Source: Xanthomonas campestris pv. campestris str. ATCC 33913 (GTDB lineage: Bacteria; Pseudomonadota; Gammaproteobacteria; Xanthomonadales; Xanthomonadaceae). Taken from it: a stretch of 32,000 nt of DNA. Below, one piece after another: positions 1 to 8,878 of the stretch; within the stretch, counting starts at the first letter, position 1, and every line of letters starts with the position of its first letter. The position numbers and the translations under genes are program-made. The stretch is taken from contig NC_003902.1 of assembly GCF_000007145.1 (NCBI RefSeq), positions 1,807,436 to 1,839,435 on the forward strand, written 5' to 3'. Below the pieces are notes generated by a model. The model saw only the letters and a list, made by a program, of their open reading frames with translations, did not search any database and was not told where the DNA came from.

Positions 1-255
1 AGCGGCATGCGCGCATCCACCGCGCCTGGCGTTTGACAGCGTGATGACACACCGCGCCTGCGGCGGATGACGGCGCAGCGCAGGGCTTGGACGACGTGCG
101 CCGGATCCATGCACCCTGGCGGCGGGGCGGCCTGCTACGCGCCGCGGCTGACGCGCAGCAACGCGTCCGCTGCGGCGCGCACGCCGTGACAGCGGCCCAC
201 GCACAAGCCCACCACGGCGCTGCGGTATGCTGATTCGCATGCTCTGGAGTCAACG

Positions 256-1032
256 ATGACCGCAATGCCCCGCATCGCTTTTCTTGCCAGCCCCGCCGAG
301 CCGGCGGTGGCCGCACGCGCGCGCCTGGTGCAGCGCTACGGCGACCACGCCTTGCACGATGCCGACATTGTCTGCGCGCTGGGCGGCGACGGATTCATGC
401 TGCAGACCCTGCACCGGCACGGTGCCGCCGATAAGCCGGTGTTCGGCATGAAGCTGGGCTCGGTCGGGTTTTTGATGAACCAGTACCGCGACGACGAGGA
501 CGACCTGCTGGCGCGCCTGCAACGCGCCGAGCCGGCCCACCTGCGTCCGCTGGAAATGCTGGTACAGACCGAATCCGGCACCAGTGCCGGTTCGCTGGCC
601 TACAACGAGGTCTCGTTGTTGCGGCAGACGCGCCAGGCCGCCCACCTGAGCGTGGACCTCAATGGCCAGACCCGCATTGCCGAGCTGATCGGGGACGGGG
701 TGATGGTGGCAACCCCGGCCGGCAGCACCGCCTACAATTACTCCGCGCACGGCCCGATCCTGCCGCTGGGGTCGCACACGCTGGCCCTGACCCCGATCGC
801 GCCATACCGGCCGCGGCGCTGGCGCGGCGCCATCCTCAAGGCCGATACCGAAGTGCGCTTTCGCGTGCTGGATCCGTACAAGCGCCCGGTCAGCGTGACC
901 GCCGATTCGCATGAAATCCGCGACGTGGTCGAAGTGACCATCCGCGAATCCACCGAACGCCGCGTGACCTTGCTGTTCGACCCCGAACACAACCTGGAAG
1001 AACGCATCTTCAGCGAGCAGTTTGCGGTGTGA
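256..1032 (+). CDS. nadK: NAD(+) kinase
   Basis: 258-aa ORF with family hallmarks [11 protein letters not shown] (GGDG motif), YNEVSL (NE motif) and [17 protein letters not shown] (TPxGSTAY block). GGAG lies 7-10 nt upstream of ATG 256. Family assignment by eye. Confidence 0.9.
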   Translation: MTAMPRIAFLASPAEPAVAARARLVQRYGDHALHDADIVCALGGDGFMLQTLHRHGAADKPVFGMKLGSVGFLMNQYRDDEDDLLARLQRAEPAHLRPLEMLVQTESGTSAGSLAYNEVSLLRQTRQAAHLSVDLNGQTRIAELIGDGVMVATPAGSTAYNYSAHGPILPLGSHTLALTPIAPYRPRRWRGAILKADTEVRFRVLDPYKRPVSVTADSHEIRDVVEVTIRESTERRVTLLFDPEHNLEERIFSEQFAV

Positions 1033-1037
1033 GGGGC

Positions 1038-1067
1038 GGGGATTGGATAGTGAAGATTCGGGATTGG
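1038..1067. repeat. left arm of an imperfect inverted repeat, complementary to 1159-1182
   Basis: GGGGATTG (1038-1045) ... GATTCGGGATTGG (1055-1067) is the reverse complement of CCAATCCCCGAATC (1159-1172) ... CAATCCCC (1175-1182). It begins 6 nt after the nadK stop codon. Confidence 0.8.
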
Positions 1068-1158
1068 CAACAGCAACAGCGCGGCATTCCGCGGTGCATA
1101 AGGTGGACACGGTAGGATGCAGCGCTGACGCTGTAGCAAAACCGCGCTGGCGCTTGGA

Positions 1159-1223
1159 CCAATCCCCGAATCCTCAATCCCCAATCCCCAATCCCCAATC
1201 CCCAATCCCCAATCCCCAATCCC
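1159..1223. repeat. heptanucleotide microsatellite (CAATCCC)n
   Basis: Seven perfect tandem CAATCCC units at 1175-1223, preceded by degenerate units CCAATCCCC/GAATCCT (1159-1174). The array ends 9 nt before ATG 1233. Confidence 0.95.
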
Positions 1224-1232
1224 GGCATTTAA

Positions 1233-2198
1233 ATGGCTGACAACTCCCCCAGGCTGCTGACCGTCGCGGTGACCTCCCGCGCACTGTTCGATCTCGAAGA
1301 AGGCCACGCGCTGTTCGAGGCCAACGGGGTGGAGGCGTATTCCGCGTTCCAGCGCGAGCACGAGGACGACATCCTGGAGCCGGGCGTGGCGTTTCCGGTG
1401 GTGCGCAAGTTGCTGGCGCTCAACCACGACACGCCGGAAGAAACGCCGCGCGTTGAAGTGATCCTGCTGTCGCGCAATTCCGCCGACACCGGTTTGCGCA
1501 TCTTCAATTCGATCCAGCATTACAACCTGGGCATCGTGCGCGCGACCTTCACCTCTGGTCAGCCGACCTGGCCTTATGTCAAACCGTTCGGCACCGATCT
1601 GTTCCTGTCGGCCAATCCCGAGTCGGTGCGGCGCGCGCTCACCCATGGCATCGCAGCGGCCACCATCATGCCGCGCGCACCGGGCGAACGGGCCGAGGCG
1701 GCTGCGGCCATCGTCGACAACGACGATACCCGCTTGTCCACGCAGCTGCGGATCGCTTTCGACGGCGATGCGGTGATCTTCGGCGACGAGAGCGAGCGCA
1801 TCTCGCGCGAACAGGGCGTGGAAGCGTTTGGCCGCCACGAGCGCGAGCGCGCACGCGAGCCGTTGTCGGTGGGTCCGTTTCGTAATTTCCTCTCCGCCCT
1901 GCATGCGCTGCAGGCGGCGTTCCCGCCGGGCGAGGCCTCGCCGATCCGCACCGCGCTGGTTACCGCGCGCTCGGCGCCCGCGCACGAGCGGGTGATCCGC
2001 ACCCTGCGCGAGTGGGGTGTGCGGCTGGACGAAGCGCTGTTCCTGGGCGGGCGCCACAAGGGGCCGTTCCTGGAAGCGTTTGGCGCGGATATCTTCTTCG
2101 ACGATTCGCAACACAACATCGATAGCGCACGCCAGCACCAGCATGTGGCCGCCGGCCACGTGCCGCACGGCGTGGCCAACGACCCACCGATCGGATGA
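1233..2198 (+). CDS. 5'-nucleotidase family protein (PF06189-like, HAD-type)
   Basis: 321-aa ORF. N-terminal LLTVAVTSRALFDLEEGHALFE and C-terminal DIFFDDSQHNI blocks resemble the bacterial cN-II-like 5'-nucleotidase family. G/C-rich third codon positions. Recognition by eye only. Confidence 0.75.
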   Translation: MADNSPRLLTVAVTSRALFDLEEGHALFEANGVEAYSAFQREHEDDILEPGVAFPVVRKLLALNHDTPEETPRVEVILLSRNSADTGLRIFNSIQHYNLGIVRATFTSGQPTWPYVKPFGTDLFLSANPESVRRALTHGIAAATIMPRAPGERAEAAAAIVDNDDTRLSTQLRIAFDGDAVIFGDESERISREQGVEAFGRHERERAREPLSVGPFRNFLSALHALQAAFPPGEASPIRTALVTARSAPAHERVIRTLREWGVRLDEALFLGGRHKGPFLEAFGADIFFDDSQHNIDSARQHQHVAAGHVPHGVANDPPIG

Positions 2199-2938
2199 GC
2201 GGGCCGCAGCGCACGCCGGTTCGCGCCGCGCTGCGGATGAGCTGGCGCGCGGTGGAGCTGTCCTTCGCCGAGGACACCATCCAGACGCGCATGGCGCGCT
2301 GGGCGCCGCACCGGCTGGTGGTGCCCTATACGCGCGGCATGTTGGCCGCGTTATGGCTACAGCCGCGCCCGCAGTGCATCGGCATCATTGGTCTGGGCGG
2401 CGGCGCGCAGGCCAAGTTCTGTCGCCGGTATCTGCCCTGGGCACGTGTCGAAGCAGTGGAGGCCGATCCGCAGGTGCTGGCCTTGCGCGATGTGTTCCGC
2501 CTGCCGCGCGATGACGCACGCCTGGAGGTCAGCCTGGACGATGGCGCGGCCTGGATCGCCCATCGTCCGCAACGTTATGACCTGTTATTGCTGGACGCCT
2601 ACGATGCCGACGGCATTCCGCCGGCGCTGTGCACTACCGCGTTCTACGCGGCGTGCCAGGCGGCGCTGCGGCCCGGCGGTGTGCTGGTGTTGAACCTGTT
2701 CCAGGTGGCGACCGCCGAGCACCTGGGCACGCTGCGCGCGCTGTTCGATGGACACATGCTGGTGCTGCCCGAGCCGGATCTGCGTAACCAGATCGTGTTT
2801 TGCTGGGACGGTAAACGCACGCCCGGCAGCGTCGCCGATGCACTGCGGTCACTTCCGTGGTCAGCGGCGCGGCAGCTGCGTCCGTCCATGCAGCGCCTGC
2901 AGGCGGCGTGGACGGAGCGGGCCTGGCGATTCAGCTAA
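2195..2938 (+). CDS. spermidine synthase-like protein (class I SAM-dependent methyltransferase fold)
   Basis: 247-aa ORF with IGIIGLGGGAQAKF (GxGxG nucleotide-binding loop), VEADPQV, LLLLDAYD and GGVLVLNL blocks. ATG 2195 overlaps the upstream stop (ATGA at 2195-2198). A later in-frame start cannot be excluded. Confidence 0.7.
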   Translation: MSGPQRTPVRAALRMSWRAVELSFAEDTIQTRMARWAPHRLVVPYTRGMLAALWLQPRPQCIGIIGLGGGAQAKFCRRYLPWARVEAVEADPQVLALRDVFRLPRDDARLEVSLDDGAAWIAHRPQRYDLLLLDAYDADGIPPALCTTAFYAACQAALRPGGVLVLNLFQVATAEHLGTLRALFDGHMLVLPEPDLRNQIVFCWDGKRTPGSVADALRSLPWSAARQLRPSMQRLQAAWTERAWRFS

Positions 2939-2974
2939 ACGCTGCGTGCCGACCAATGTGCATGCTGGCGCGAC

Positions 2975-3547
2975 TCAGCCGCCGGCAGGGGAGCTGCCGG
3001 CAGCATCGCGCAGCGGCAGTTGGATGTCGGTGAGGCGCCAACGCAGGCCCTGACGGCTCAGCACGAATACCACCGGCGCACCGCTGGCGGTGTGCGTGGT
3101 GGCGGTGAATCGGCGGGTCGATTCGAAGCGTTGCTCGGCGCCGTCCAGTGGTCGCGCAGGCGAGGGTGCTGCGTAGGTGTCCGGGCTGACGGTGTCGCCG
3201 GTCACGCGGTTCCAGACCTGATGGCCTTGCAGCAACGCGCTGATGCCTAACGGCGTCACCAGCGTATCCACACCGGCGCCGCCGAGACGGCTGGCAAGCT
3301 GCAATGCAAAACCACCCAGCAGGCTCGATTGCAGGCCGCTGCCGGCCTCGCGCACCACGTAGTCGTCCAGTTGTGCTTTCAGGTTGACCCGCAGCGTCGG
3401 GAAGTCCACGTGCCGCGCCAGTTGCGCGGTGTCGCGGTTGGCCACCGCCTGGCTGATGCCGCGGATTGCCAGATACGGCCCACCGACCACATAGCCGGCC
3501 AGTGCCAGCACGATCAACAGCGGGAGCCACCACCACCATTTTTTCAT
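2975..3547 (-). CDS. DUF2939-like membrane-anchored protein
   Basis: The track ORF 2975-3730 was trimmed to ATG 3547 (MKKWWWWLPLLIVLALAGYVVGGPYLA, an N-terminal TM anchor) because GGAG lies 8-11 nt upstream. The 61 codons upstream of that are Arg/Cys/Trp-rich and non-protein-like. Confidence 0.7.
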   Translation of the reverse strand: MKKWWWWLPLLIVLALAGYVVGGPYLAIRGISQAVANRDTAQLARHVDFPTLRVNLKAQLDDYVVREAGSGLQSSLLGGFALQLASRLGGAGVDTLVTPLGISALLQGHQVWNRVTGDTVSPDTYAAPSPARPLDGAEQRFESTRRFTATTHTASGAPVVFVLSRQGLRWRLTDIQLPLRDAAGSSPAGG

Positions 3548-3659
3548 TGCCGCCACTCCTGGATTGGTAGGCACATTACAGCGGGTGCACGTGTTGGAAG
3601 GCGTGGCGGATGTGCGCACAGCAGCAGGCAGTGCGCGGGCATGCGTGGCGTGCCTGCGC

Positions 3660-4346
3660 TCAGAATTCCAGATCCAGCGCGGCACACAGGTAGTCAACGA
3701 ACGGCGCCAACACCACCAGATCAGCCGCAATGGTCTGGCGTAGCCGATTGCCGGTCATGGTGGCGTCGTCGAGCGGACGCAGATACGCCCAGTTGCGGTG
3801 CTTGAGATCGTCGATGAACTCGAAGTCGGCAGGGAAACCGCGCGGCGCACGCACCAGTTTTTCGCTGTCGTCGAGTGCGAATTTACGGGTCAGCTTGGGC
3901 GCGTGCGCGGCGGCTTTCCAGCTGCCCGGGTTATCGAAGATGAACTGCCGCAGCTTGCGTTGCGTCTCCGGCTCCGGATGCCATAGCCCTGCGCCAACGA
4001 AACTCTCGCCGGGTTGCAGATGGATGTAGAACGACGGTGCCGGCAGCTCGCGCCGCCGCGCATGGAACAGCCGCGCGCCTTGCCAGTTCTTGTAGGGCGA
4101 TTTGTCGTTGGAAAAGCGTGCGTCGCGATAGATGCGAAACAGCGAGCCGCCCTGCGTTTTGGGATCGGCGCGATAGTGCTCGCTGACCTGCGCAAGGTCC
4201 GGTTGCAGGTCAGTGATGAGCTGCAGGAACGGCTGGCGCACATGCGCCTCGTACTGATGCCGATGGTCGTTGAACCAGGTCTTGTCGTTGTGGCGGGCCA
4301 GGGCGCGCAGGAACTTGAAGCTGGCGTCGGAAAAATAGGTGGTCAT
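3660..4346 (-). CDS. DUF2461 (TIGR02453) family protein
   Basis: 228-aa ORF with FLRALARHNDKTWFNDHRHQYE and FRIYRDARFSNDKSPYKNW, characteristic of the TIGR02453/DUF2461 family. Its ATG overlaps the sbcB stop (ATGA at 4343-4346). Confidence 0.8.
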   Translation of the reverse strand: MTTYFSDASFKFLRALARHNDKTWFNDHRHQYEAHVRQPFLQLITDLQPDLAQVSEHYRADPKTQGGSLFRIYRDARFSNDKSPYKNWQGARLFHARRRELPAPSFYIHLQPGESFVGAGLWHPEPETQRKLRQFIFDNPGSWKAAAHAPKLTRKFALDDSEKLVRAPRGFPADFEFIDDLKHRNWAYLRPLDDATMTGNRLRQTIAADLVVLAPFVDYLCAALDLEF

Positions 4347-5788
4347 AGCGTGCGTTGGAGGTCCGAACCCCAGGCGGCGAGCTGGTCGAGCAGGGATTGC
4401 TTGGTAGCATCGTCGGGGTGAGCAAGCCGTAAATCGGCGATCTGCGCGTAGAACTGCTCCAGCGTGACTTCGCCCAGGCCGCGGTCTTCCAGCAGACGTT
4501 GCCGACGATAATCGTTCCAGCGTTGGTGCTCGTGCGGCGAAAGTGTCTGCGGCCAGTTGCGCGCCCGGTAGCGGAACAGCAGTTCGATCAGGCGTGGGTC
4601 GCGGAAGCGCGCTTCCATTGCGCCCAGTTCGCCCGGCGCGCTGCTGCGCACCTGCGTCAGCAGGCGCTTGTCGCCCTCGGCCAGGAAGCCGTCATACAGC
4701 GAGGCGTCGGCGTCGTTGACCGCTGCTGCCCCGGCGCGCTCGGCGCCGTAGACCTGGCGTACTTTTTCTGCCAGCTCCGGGCCCAGTTCGCGCAACCGCG
4801 CGGCCTTGGCTTCCACCGCGGCGCGGTCCACGCCCAGGCGCTGGAAGTCATCGCTACGCAGATGCTGCCAGGCCACCAGGGCGGGGGCCTTGTTCAGATG
4901 CACTTCCTTGAGCGGGATGCGCTGCTCGCCTTCGGGCAGATCGGCGGCGCGAATGTACAGGCGGTCGGCGATCTCGTCCGGGCTCAGGCGCAACAACGCA
5001 TCCGGGTCGCCGTCCAGATCGAACACGATCACGCGGCTGTCGATGCGCGGGTGACGGCTCAGCGGCAACACCGCGGCCGCGCACAGGCGCGTGGCCGGGT
5101 AGCGCTGCGAGATGTGCAGCACCGGCTGCATCGCAATCACGTCCAGCAAGCTGGCAGCAAAGCGCTTGTCGCGCAGACGCAGCGCGTAGTCCCACAATTT
5201 GGGTTGGCTCTGCTGGAACTTGCGCGCCATGCCGATGGTGGCGTACACGTCCGACAGGGCTTCATGTGCATCGCCTTCGCGCACGGCATTGGCATCGGCC
5301 AGATGCTCCAGTTTGAACGAGGTGGCGCCATCCTCGCGCTGCGGCCACACGATGCCGTCCGGGCGCAGTGCATGCACCAACCGCAGCACGTCGAGCAGAT
5401 CCCAACGCGAGTTGCCGCCACGCCACTCACGCTCATAGGGATCGTAGAAATTGCGGAACAGGCCGCAGCGTACGAACTCATCATCGAAGCGGATCGAGTT
5501 GTAGCCCAGCGTGCAGGTCTGCGGGCGGCCCATCTGCTCGGCAATGCGCGCGAATGCCTCGGCCTCGTTCACGCCCTCACGCAGCGCGTGCTGCGGGGTG
5601 ATGCCGGTGACCATGGTGGCGTAGGGCGAGGGCAACAGATCGTCGGCCGGCTGCACGAAGAAACTGATCGGCTCTTCGATCACGCGCAGTTGCGCATCGG
5701 TGCGCACGGCCGCGAACTGCGCGATGCGGGTGCGGCGCGGATCCTGGCCGAAGGTTTCCAGGTCGTAGAAGAGAAAACTGTCAGGCAT
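4343..5788 (-). CDS. sbcB: exodeoxyribonuclease I
   Basis: 481-aa ORF. N-terminal FLFYDLETFG (DnaQ-type Exo I motif) followed by RIAQFAAVRTD, with overall ExoI-like length and layout. Confidence 0.92.
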   Translation of the reverse strand: MPDSFLFYDLETFGQDPRRTRIAQFAAVRTDAQLRVIEEPISFFVQPADDLLPSPYATMVTGITPQHALREGVNEAEAFARIAEQMGRPQTCTLGYNSIRFDDEFVRCGLFRNFYDPYEREWRGGNSRWDLLDVLRLVHALRPDGIVWPQREDGATSFKLEHLADANAVREGDAHEALSDVYATIGMARKFQQSQPKLWDYALRLRDKRFAASLLDVIAMQPVLHISQRYPATRLCAAAVLPLSRHPRIDSRVIVFDLDGDPDALLRLSPDEIADRLYIRAADLPEGEQRIPLKEVHLNKAPALVAWQHLRSDDFQRLGVDRAAVEAKAARLRELGPELAEKVRQVYGAERAGAAAVNDADASLYDGFLAEGDKRLLTQVRSSAPGELGAMEARFRDPRLIELLFRYRARNWPQTLSPHEHQRWNDYRRQRLLEDRGLGEVTLEQFYAQIADLRLAHPDDATKQSLLDQLAAWGSDLQRTL

Positions 5789-6154
5789 GCCGTATCACAA
5801 TCCAAAGCTGCGGCGCGCTGCAAGGCGCCGCCGGTGCTGGTTAGTATCCCTCATCCTCCCGCCGGCTCGCTGAGGCGCGGCTGTGCGGGGGCGCTGTGAG
5901 GTGCAGTGGAATACGCTGCGATGCTTCAGGCGCGGCAGAGAGGCGCTGTGCGCTCGTCGATGCCAGCGGGCGCGGACAAACGGCTGACGTCATGGCCCAG
6001 CGCTGCTGCCCGTGCGCCGCACGCGAGATAGCGACCACCGCGCGCATACATGTCATGCGAAGGTCGCGGCCGAGGCGTCGCTCGGGTCGTGGCCGCCTGC
6101 GCGCCACCACGGTCCTGCCACTACGTCATCGGCAACGCCGCCGCATCCCTGCGC

Positions 6155-7525
6155 TCAGTGCGCGCCTTCCAGCGGCTCCAGGCGGGCATGCACCACAGTT
6201 TCGAGTGCTACCCAATCGATCCGAGATAGATCGGTGTGGCCGTGGGTGGCTTCGAGCAGGATCTCGCGCTGGATCTCGCTGCGTGCCAGTGCGATCGCGT
6301 AGCGCGTGCGCAGGAAGGTGACCATGGTGTAGTGCGGGACGAAGCGGGTGGGCCAGCGTGCCTGCAGTTGCTGTTCGAGTGCGCGCTGCAGCAGGAATTG
6401 CGCATCGCCCACGCGATCGCGCATCTCCAGATAGTTTTCCAGTGCCATCTGCTGGATCGCGGCCGCATCGTCGCGGCGCGCGGCTTCGAAGGCCGCGAAC
6501 GCCTCGCTCAGGTCGCTGTGTGCATCCAGCTGTTCGGCCAGCGCCACGCAATCTTCGAACGCGCAGTTCATGCCCTGGCCGTGGAACGGCACCATCGCAT
6601 GCGCGGCATCGCCCAGCAGCACGGCGCGGCCATCCAGATGCCAGCGCTCGCGGGTCAGCGTGCCCAACAGGCCGGGCGGGTGCTCTTCCCAGTGTTCCTT
6701 GAGCTGCGGGATCAGCGGCAATGCATCGGGAAAGTCGCGGGCAAACAAGGCCAACGCTTCGTCGCCGCTGCGGGTGGTGGCAAAGCTCGGCATGCCTTCG
6801 TTGGGCAGGAACAAAGTCACCGTGAAGGTGCCGCCGTCGTTGGGCAGTGCGATGCACATGTAGCGCCCGCGCGGCCAGATGTGCAGCGCATTGCGTTCGA
6901 TGCGAAAACCGCCATCCGCCCGCGGTGGAATTTCCAGTTCCTTGTAGGAATGATCGAGAAAGGCGATGTGTTCGCCCACCGGCGCCTTGCGCTGCATGGC
7001 CGCGCGCAAGGCCGAGCCGGCGCCGTCGCTGCCGACCAGTGCCTGGAAGTGGATCTCGTGCGGCTGGTCGTCGCGGTCGTCGATGAAGCGCGCGTAGCCG
7101 GCGTCGAAATCCACCGTGTGCAGGCGCCGATAGAAATGCACGCGCGCGCCGGCCTGTTCGGCCAGATCGAGCAGGGTGACATTCAAGGCGGCGCGGTGGA
7201 TCGACCAGATCACCTCGCTGTCGTCACGCCCGTAGCGCTGCAGCTGCGGCTCGCCGCTGACCGGGTGGATCATGCGCCCGCGCATCATCACCGCCTTGGC
7301 CATTACCGCGTCTTCGGCGCCGGCCTGGCGCAAGGCATGCCGGCCACGTTCGGCCAAGGCCAGGTTGATCGAACGCCCGGACTCGTAGCCCTTGATGCGC
7401 GGGTCGCCGCGGCGTTCGTACAAGGTGATCTGCCAGCCGCGTCGCGACAGCAGGATGGCGAGCAGGCAACCGGCCAAACCGGCGCCGATCAGGGTCAGGG
7501 AACGAGGGGAGGCAGCAGCGCTCAA
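6155..7525 (-). CDS. kmo: kynurenine 3-monooxygenase (FAD-dependent)
   Basis: 456-aa ORF with FAD fingerprint LTLIGAGLAGCLLA...YERR, DAAHAMVPFHGQGMNCAFED, and a hydrophobic-poor C-terminal domain. Sits immediately downstream of kynU. Confidence 0.9.
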   Translation of the reverse strand: MSAAASPRSLTLIGAGLAGCLLAILLSRRGWQITLYERRGDPRIKGYESGRSINLALAERGRHALRQAGAEDAVMAKAVMMRGRMIHPVSGEPQLQRYGRDDSEVIWSIHRAALNVTLLDLAEQAGARVHFYRRLHTVDFDAGYARFIDDRDDQPHEIHFQALVGSDGAGSALRAAMQRKAPVGEHIAFLDHSYKELEIPPRADGGFRIERNALHIWPRGRYMCIALPNDGGTFTVTLFLPNEGMPSFATTRSGDEALALFARDFPDALPLIPQLKEHWEEHPPGLLGTLTRERWHLDGRAVLLGDAAHAMVPFHGQGMNCAFEDCVALAEQLDAHSDLSEAFAAFEAARRDDAAAIQQMALENYLEMRDRVGDAQFLLQRALEQQLQARWPTRFVPHYTMVTFLRTRYAIALARSEIQREILLEATHGHTDLSRIDWVALETVVHARLEPLEGAH

Positions 7526-7574
7526 TGCGGTATCCGGCAGCGGCCGGACAGGGGCGCCGGCAAGGAGGAAGGGC

Positions 7575-8849
7575 TCAGGCAGCGGCCCAGGTTTCCACGT
7601 GCTCCACCAACTGGTGCAGATCGCAGAAGCGGTTGTACAGCGGTACCGGCGCGATGCGGATCACATCCGGCTCGCGCCAGTCGCCCAGCACGCCCACCGA
7701 TTGCAGGTACTCGAACAGGGCCCGGCCCTGCGTGCGGCCACCGGCCACGCGCAGCGACAGCTGGCAGCCACGCTGCGCGGGATCGGCCGGGGTGACGATC
7801 TGCAGCACCTGCGGCACGCGCGTGTGGATCAGCTGTTCCAGATGCCCGGTGAGCTGCTCGGATTTGGCACGCAGCGCCGGCATGCCGGCCTGGTCGAACA
7901 ATTCCAGCGACGCGCGCAGCGGCGCCAGCGCCAGCACTGGCGGATTGCTCAGCTGCCAGCCTTCGGCACCGGGCGAAGGTACGAACTGCGGTTCCATGCG
8001 GAAGCGCGTCGGTTGTTCGTGGCCCCACCAGCCGGCCATGCGCGGCAGATTGCTGTGCGCATGCCGCGCATGCACGAAGCAGCCGCCCACCGCACCCGGG
8101 CCGGCGTTGAGATATTTGTAGTGGCACCACACGGCGAAATCGACGCCATCGTCGTGCAGGCTGAGCGGGATGTTGCCCACCGCGTGCGCCAGGTCGAAAC
8201 CCACCGCCGCGCCCTGGGCGCGTGCCAGCCGCGCAATCTCGCCCAGCGCGAACGCCTGGCCGGTGCGGTACTGGATCCCTGGCCACAGCACCAGCGCCAG
8301 CCGCGGGCCGTGCTGCGCGATGGTCGCGGCAATCGCGTCCATCGACAGCGTGCCGTCGGCTGCGTCGGGCTCCACTTCAATCAGGTGGGTGTCCGGGTCC
8401 AGCCCGTGCAGGCGCAACTGCGACTCCACGGCGTGGCGGTCGGACGGAAACGCGCCGGCTTCGATCAGGATCGCGGCACGCTCGGCGCTGGGCCGGTAGA
8501 AGCTGGCCATCATCAGGTGCAGGTTGACGGTGAGCGTGTTCATCGCCACCACCTCGTCCGGCTGTGCGCCGACCACCCGTGCCAGCCCGTCGCGCACCAG
8601 CTGGTGATAGGTGAGCCATTGAGTGGGGCCGGTGAAGTGGCCTTCCACCGCGAGCGCGCCCCACTGGTCGAGCACTTCGGACACCATCGCACGCGCCTGG
8701 CGCGGTTGCAGGCCCAGTGAATTGCCGACGAAATAGGTCTGATCCTGGCCGCCATGTTGCGGAAACACGAACGCATCGCGGAGCGCGCGCAGCGGGTCGG
8801 CAGCGTCCAGTGCGGCAGCATGGGAGCGGGACAGTGGATCGGTCATCAT
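7575..8849 (-). CDS. kynU: kynureninase (PLP-dependent)
   Basis: 424-aa ORF with YFVGNSLGLQP, FAVWCHYKYLNAGPGAVGG (PLP-lysine block) and WWGH, typical of kynureninase. Confidence 0.92.
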   Translation of the reverse strand: MMTDPLSRSHAAALDAADPLRALRDAFVFPQHGGQDQTYFVGNSLGLQPRQARAMVSEVLDQWGALAVEGHFTGPTQWLTYHQLVRDGLARVVGAQPDEVVAMNTLTVNLHLMMASFYRPSAERAAILIEAGAFPSDRHAVESQLRLHGLDPDTHLIEVEPDAADGTLSMDAIAATIAQHGPRLALVLWPGIQYRTGQAFALGEIARLARAQGAAVGFDLAHAVGNIPLSLHDDGVDFAVWCHYKYLNAGPGAVGGCFVHARHAHSNLPRMAGWWGHEQPTRFRMEPQFVPSPGAEGWQLSNPPVLALAPLRASLELFDQAGMPALRAKSEQLTGHLEQLIHTRVPQVLQIVTPADPAQRGCQLSLRVAGGRTQGRALFEYLQSVGVLGDWREPDVIRIAPVPLYNRFCDLHQLVEHVETWAAA

Positions 8850-8878
8850 CGGCTCGCGGCGCAGGTCAATGCCGCAGT

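Noticed and set aside
1-255. A possible 3' end of an upstream gene, or a promoter for nadK.
   Set aside because: All three plus frames hit stops within the first 70 nt, giving peptides too short to recognise. I found no convincing -35/-10 pair and left the region unannotated.
1022-1240. 72-aa ORF encoding an (SPIPNPQ)n repeat peptide, and its antisense partner (GIGDWGL)n at 1010-1228.
   Set aside because: These are simply the heptamer microsatellite read in frame (7 nt x 3 = 21 nt = 7 aa). The ORF is open on both strands, starts inside the nadK 3' end, and has no SD.
5841-5846. TTAGTA, which resembles half of the Xanthomonadales LexA (SOS) box, upstream of sbcB.
   Set aside because: Only one half-site is present. 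The expected partner (TACTA/TACTAA at the right spacing) is absent; the sequence continues TCCCTCATCC.
5841-6110. 89-aa ORF (GTG start, minus strand), plus the plus-strand ORFs 5896-6321 and 6012-6302, in the kmo-sbcB gap.
   Set aside because: The peptides are Arg/Ala/Pro-rich with no motifs. My hand count of G/C at third positions is only about three quarters, lower than in neighbouring genes. There is no SD. The plus-strand ORFs run into the kmo coding region in antisense.
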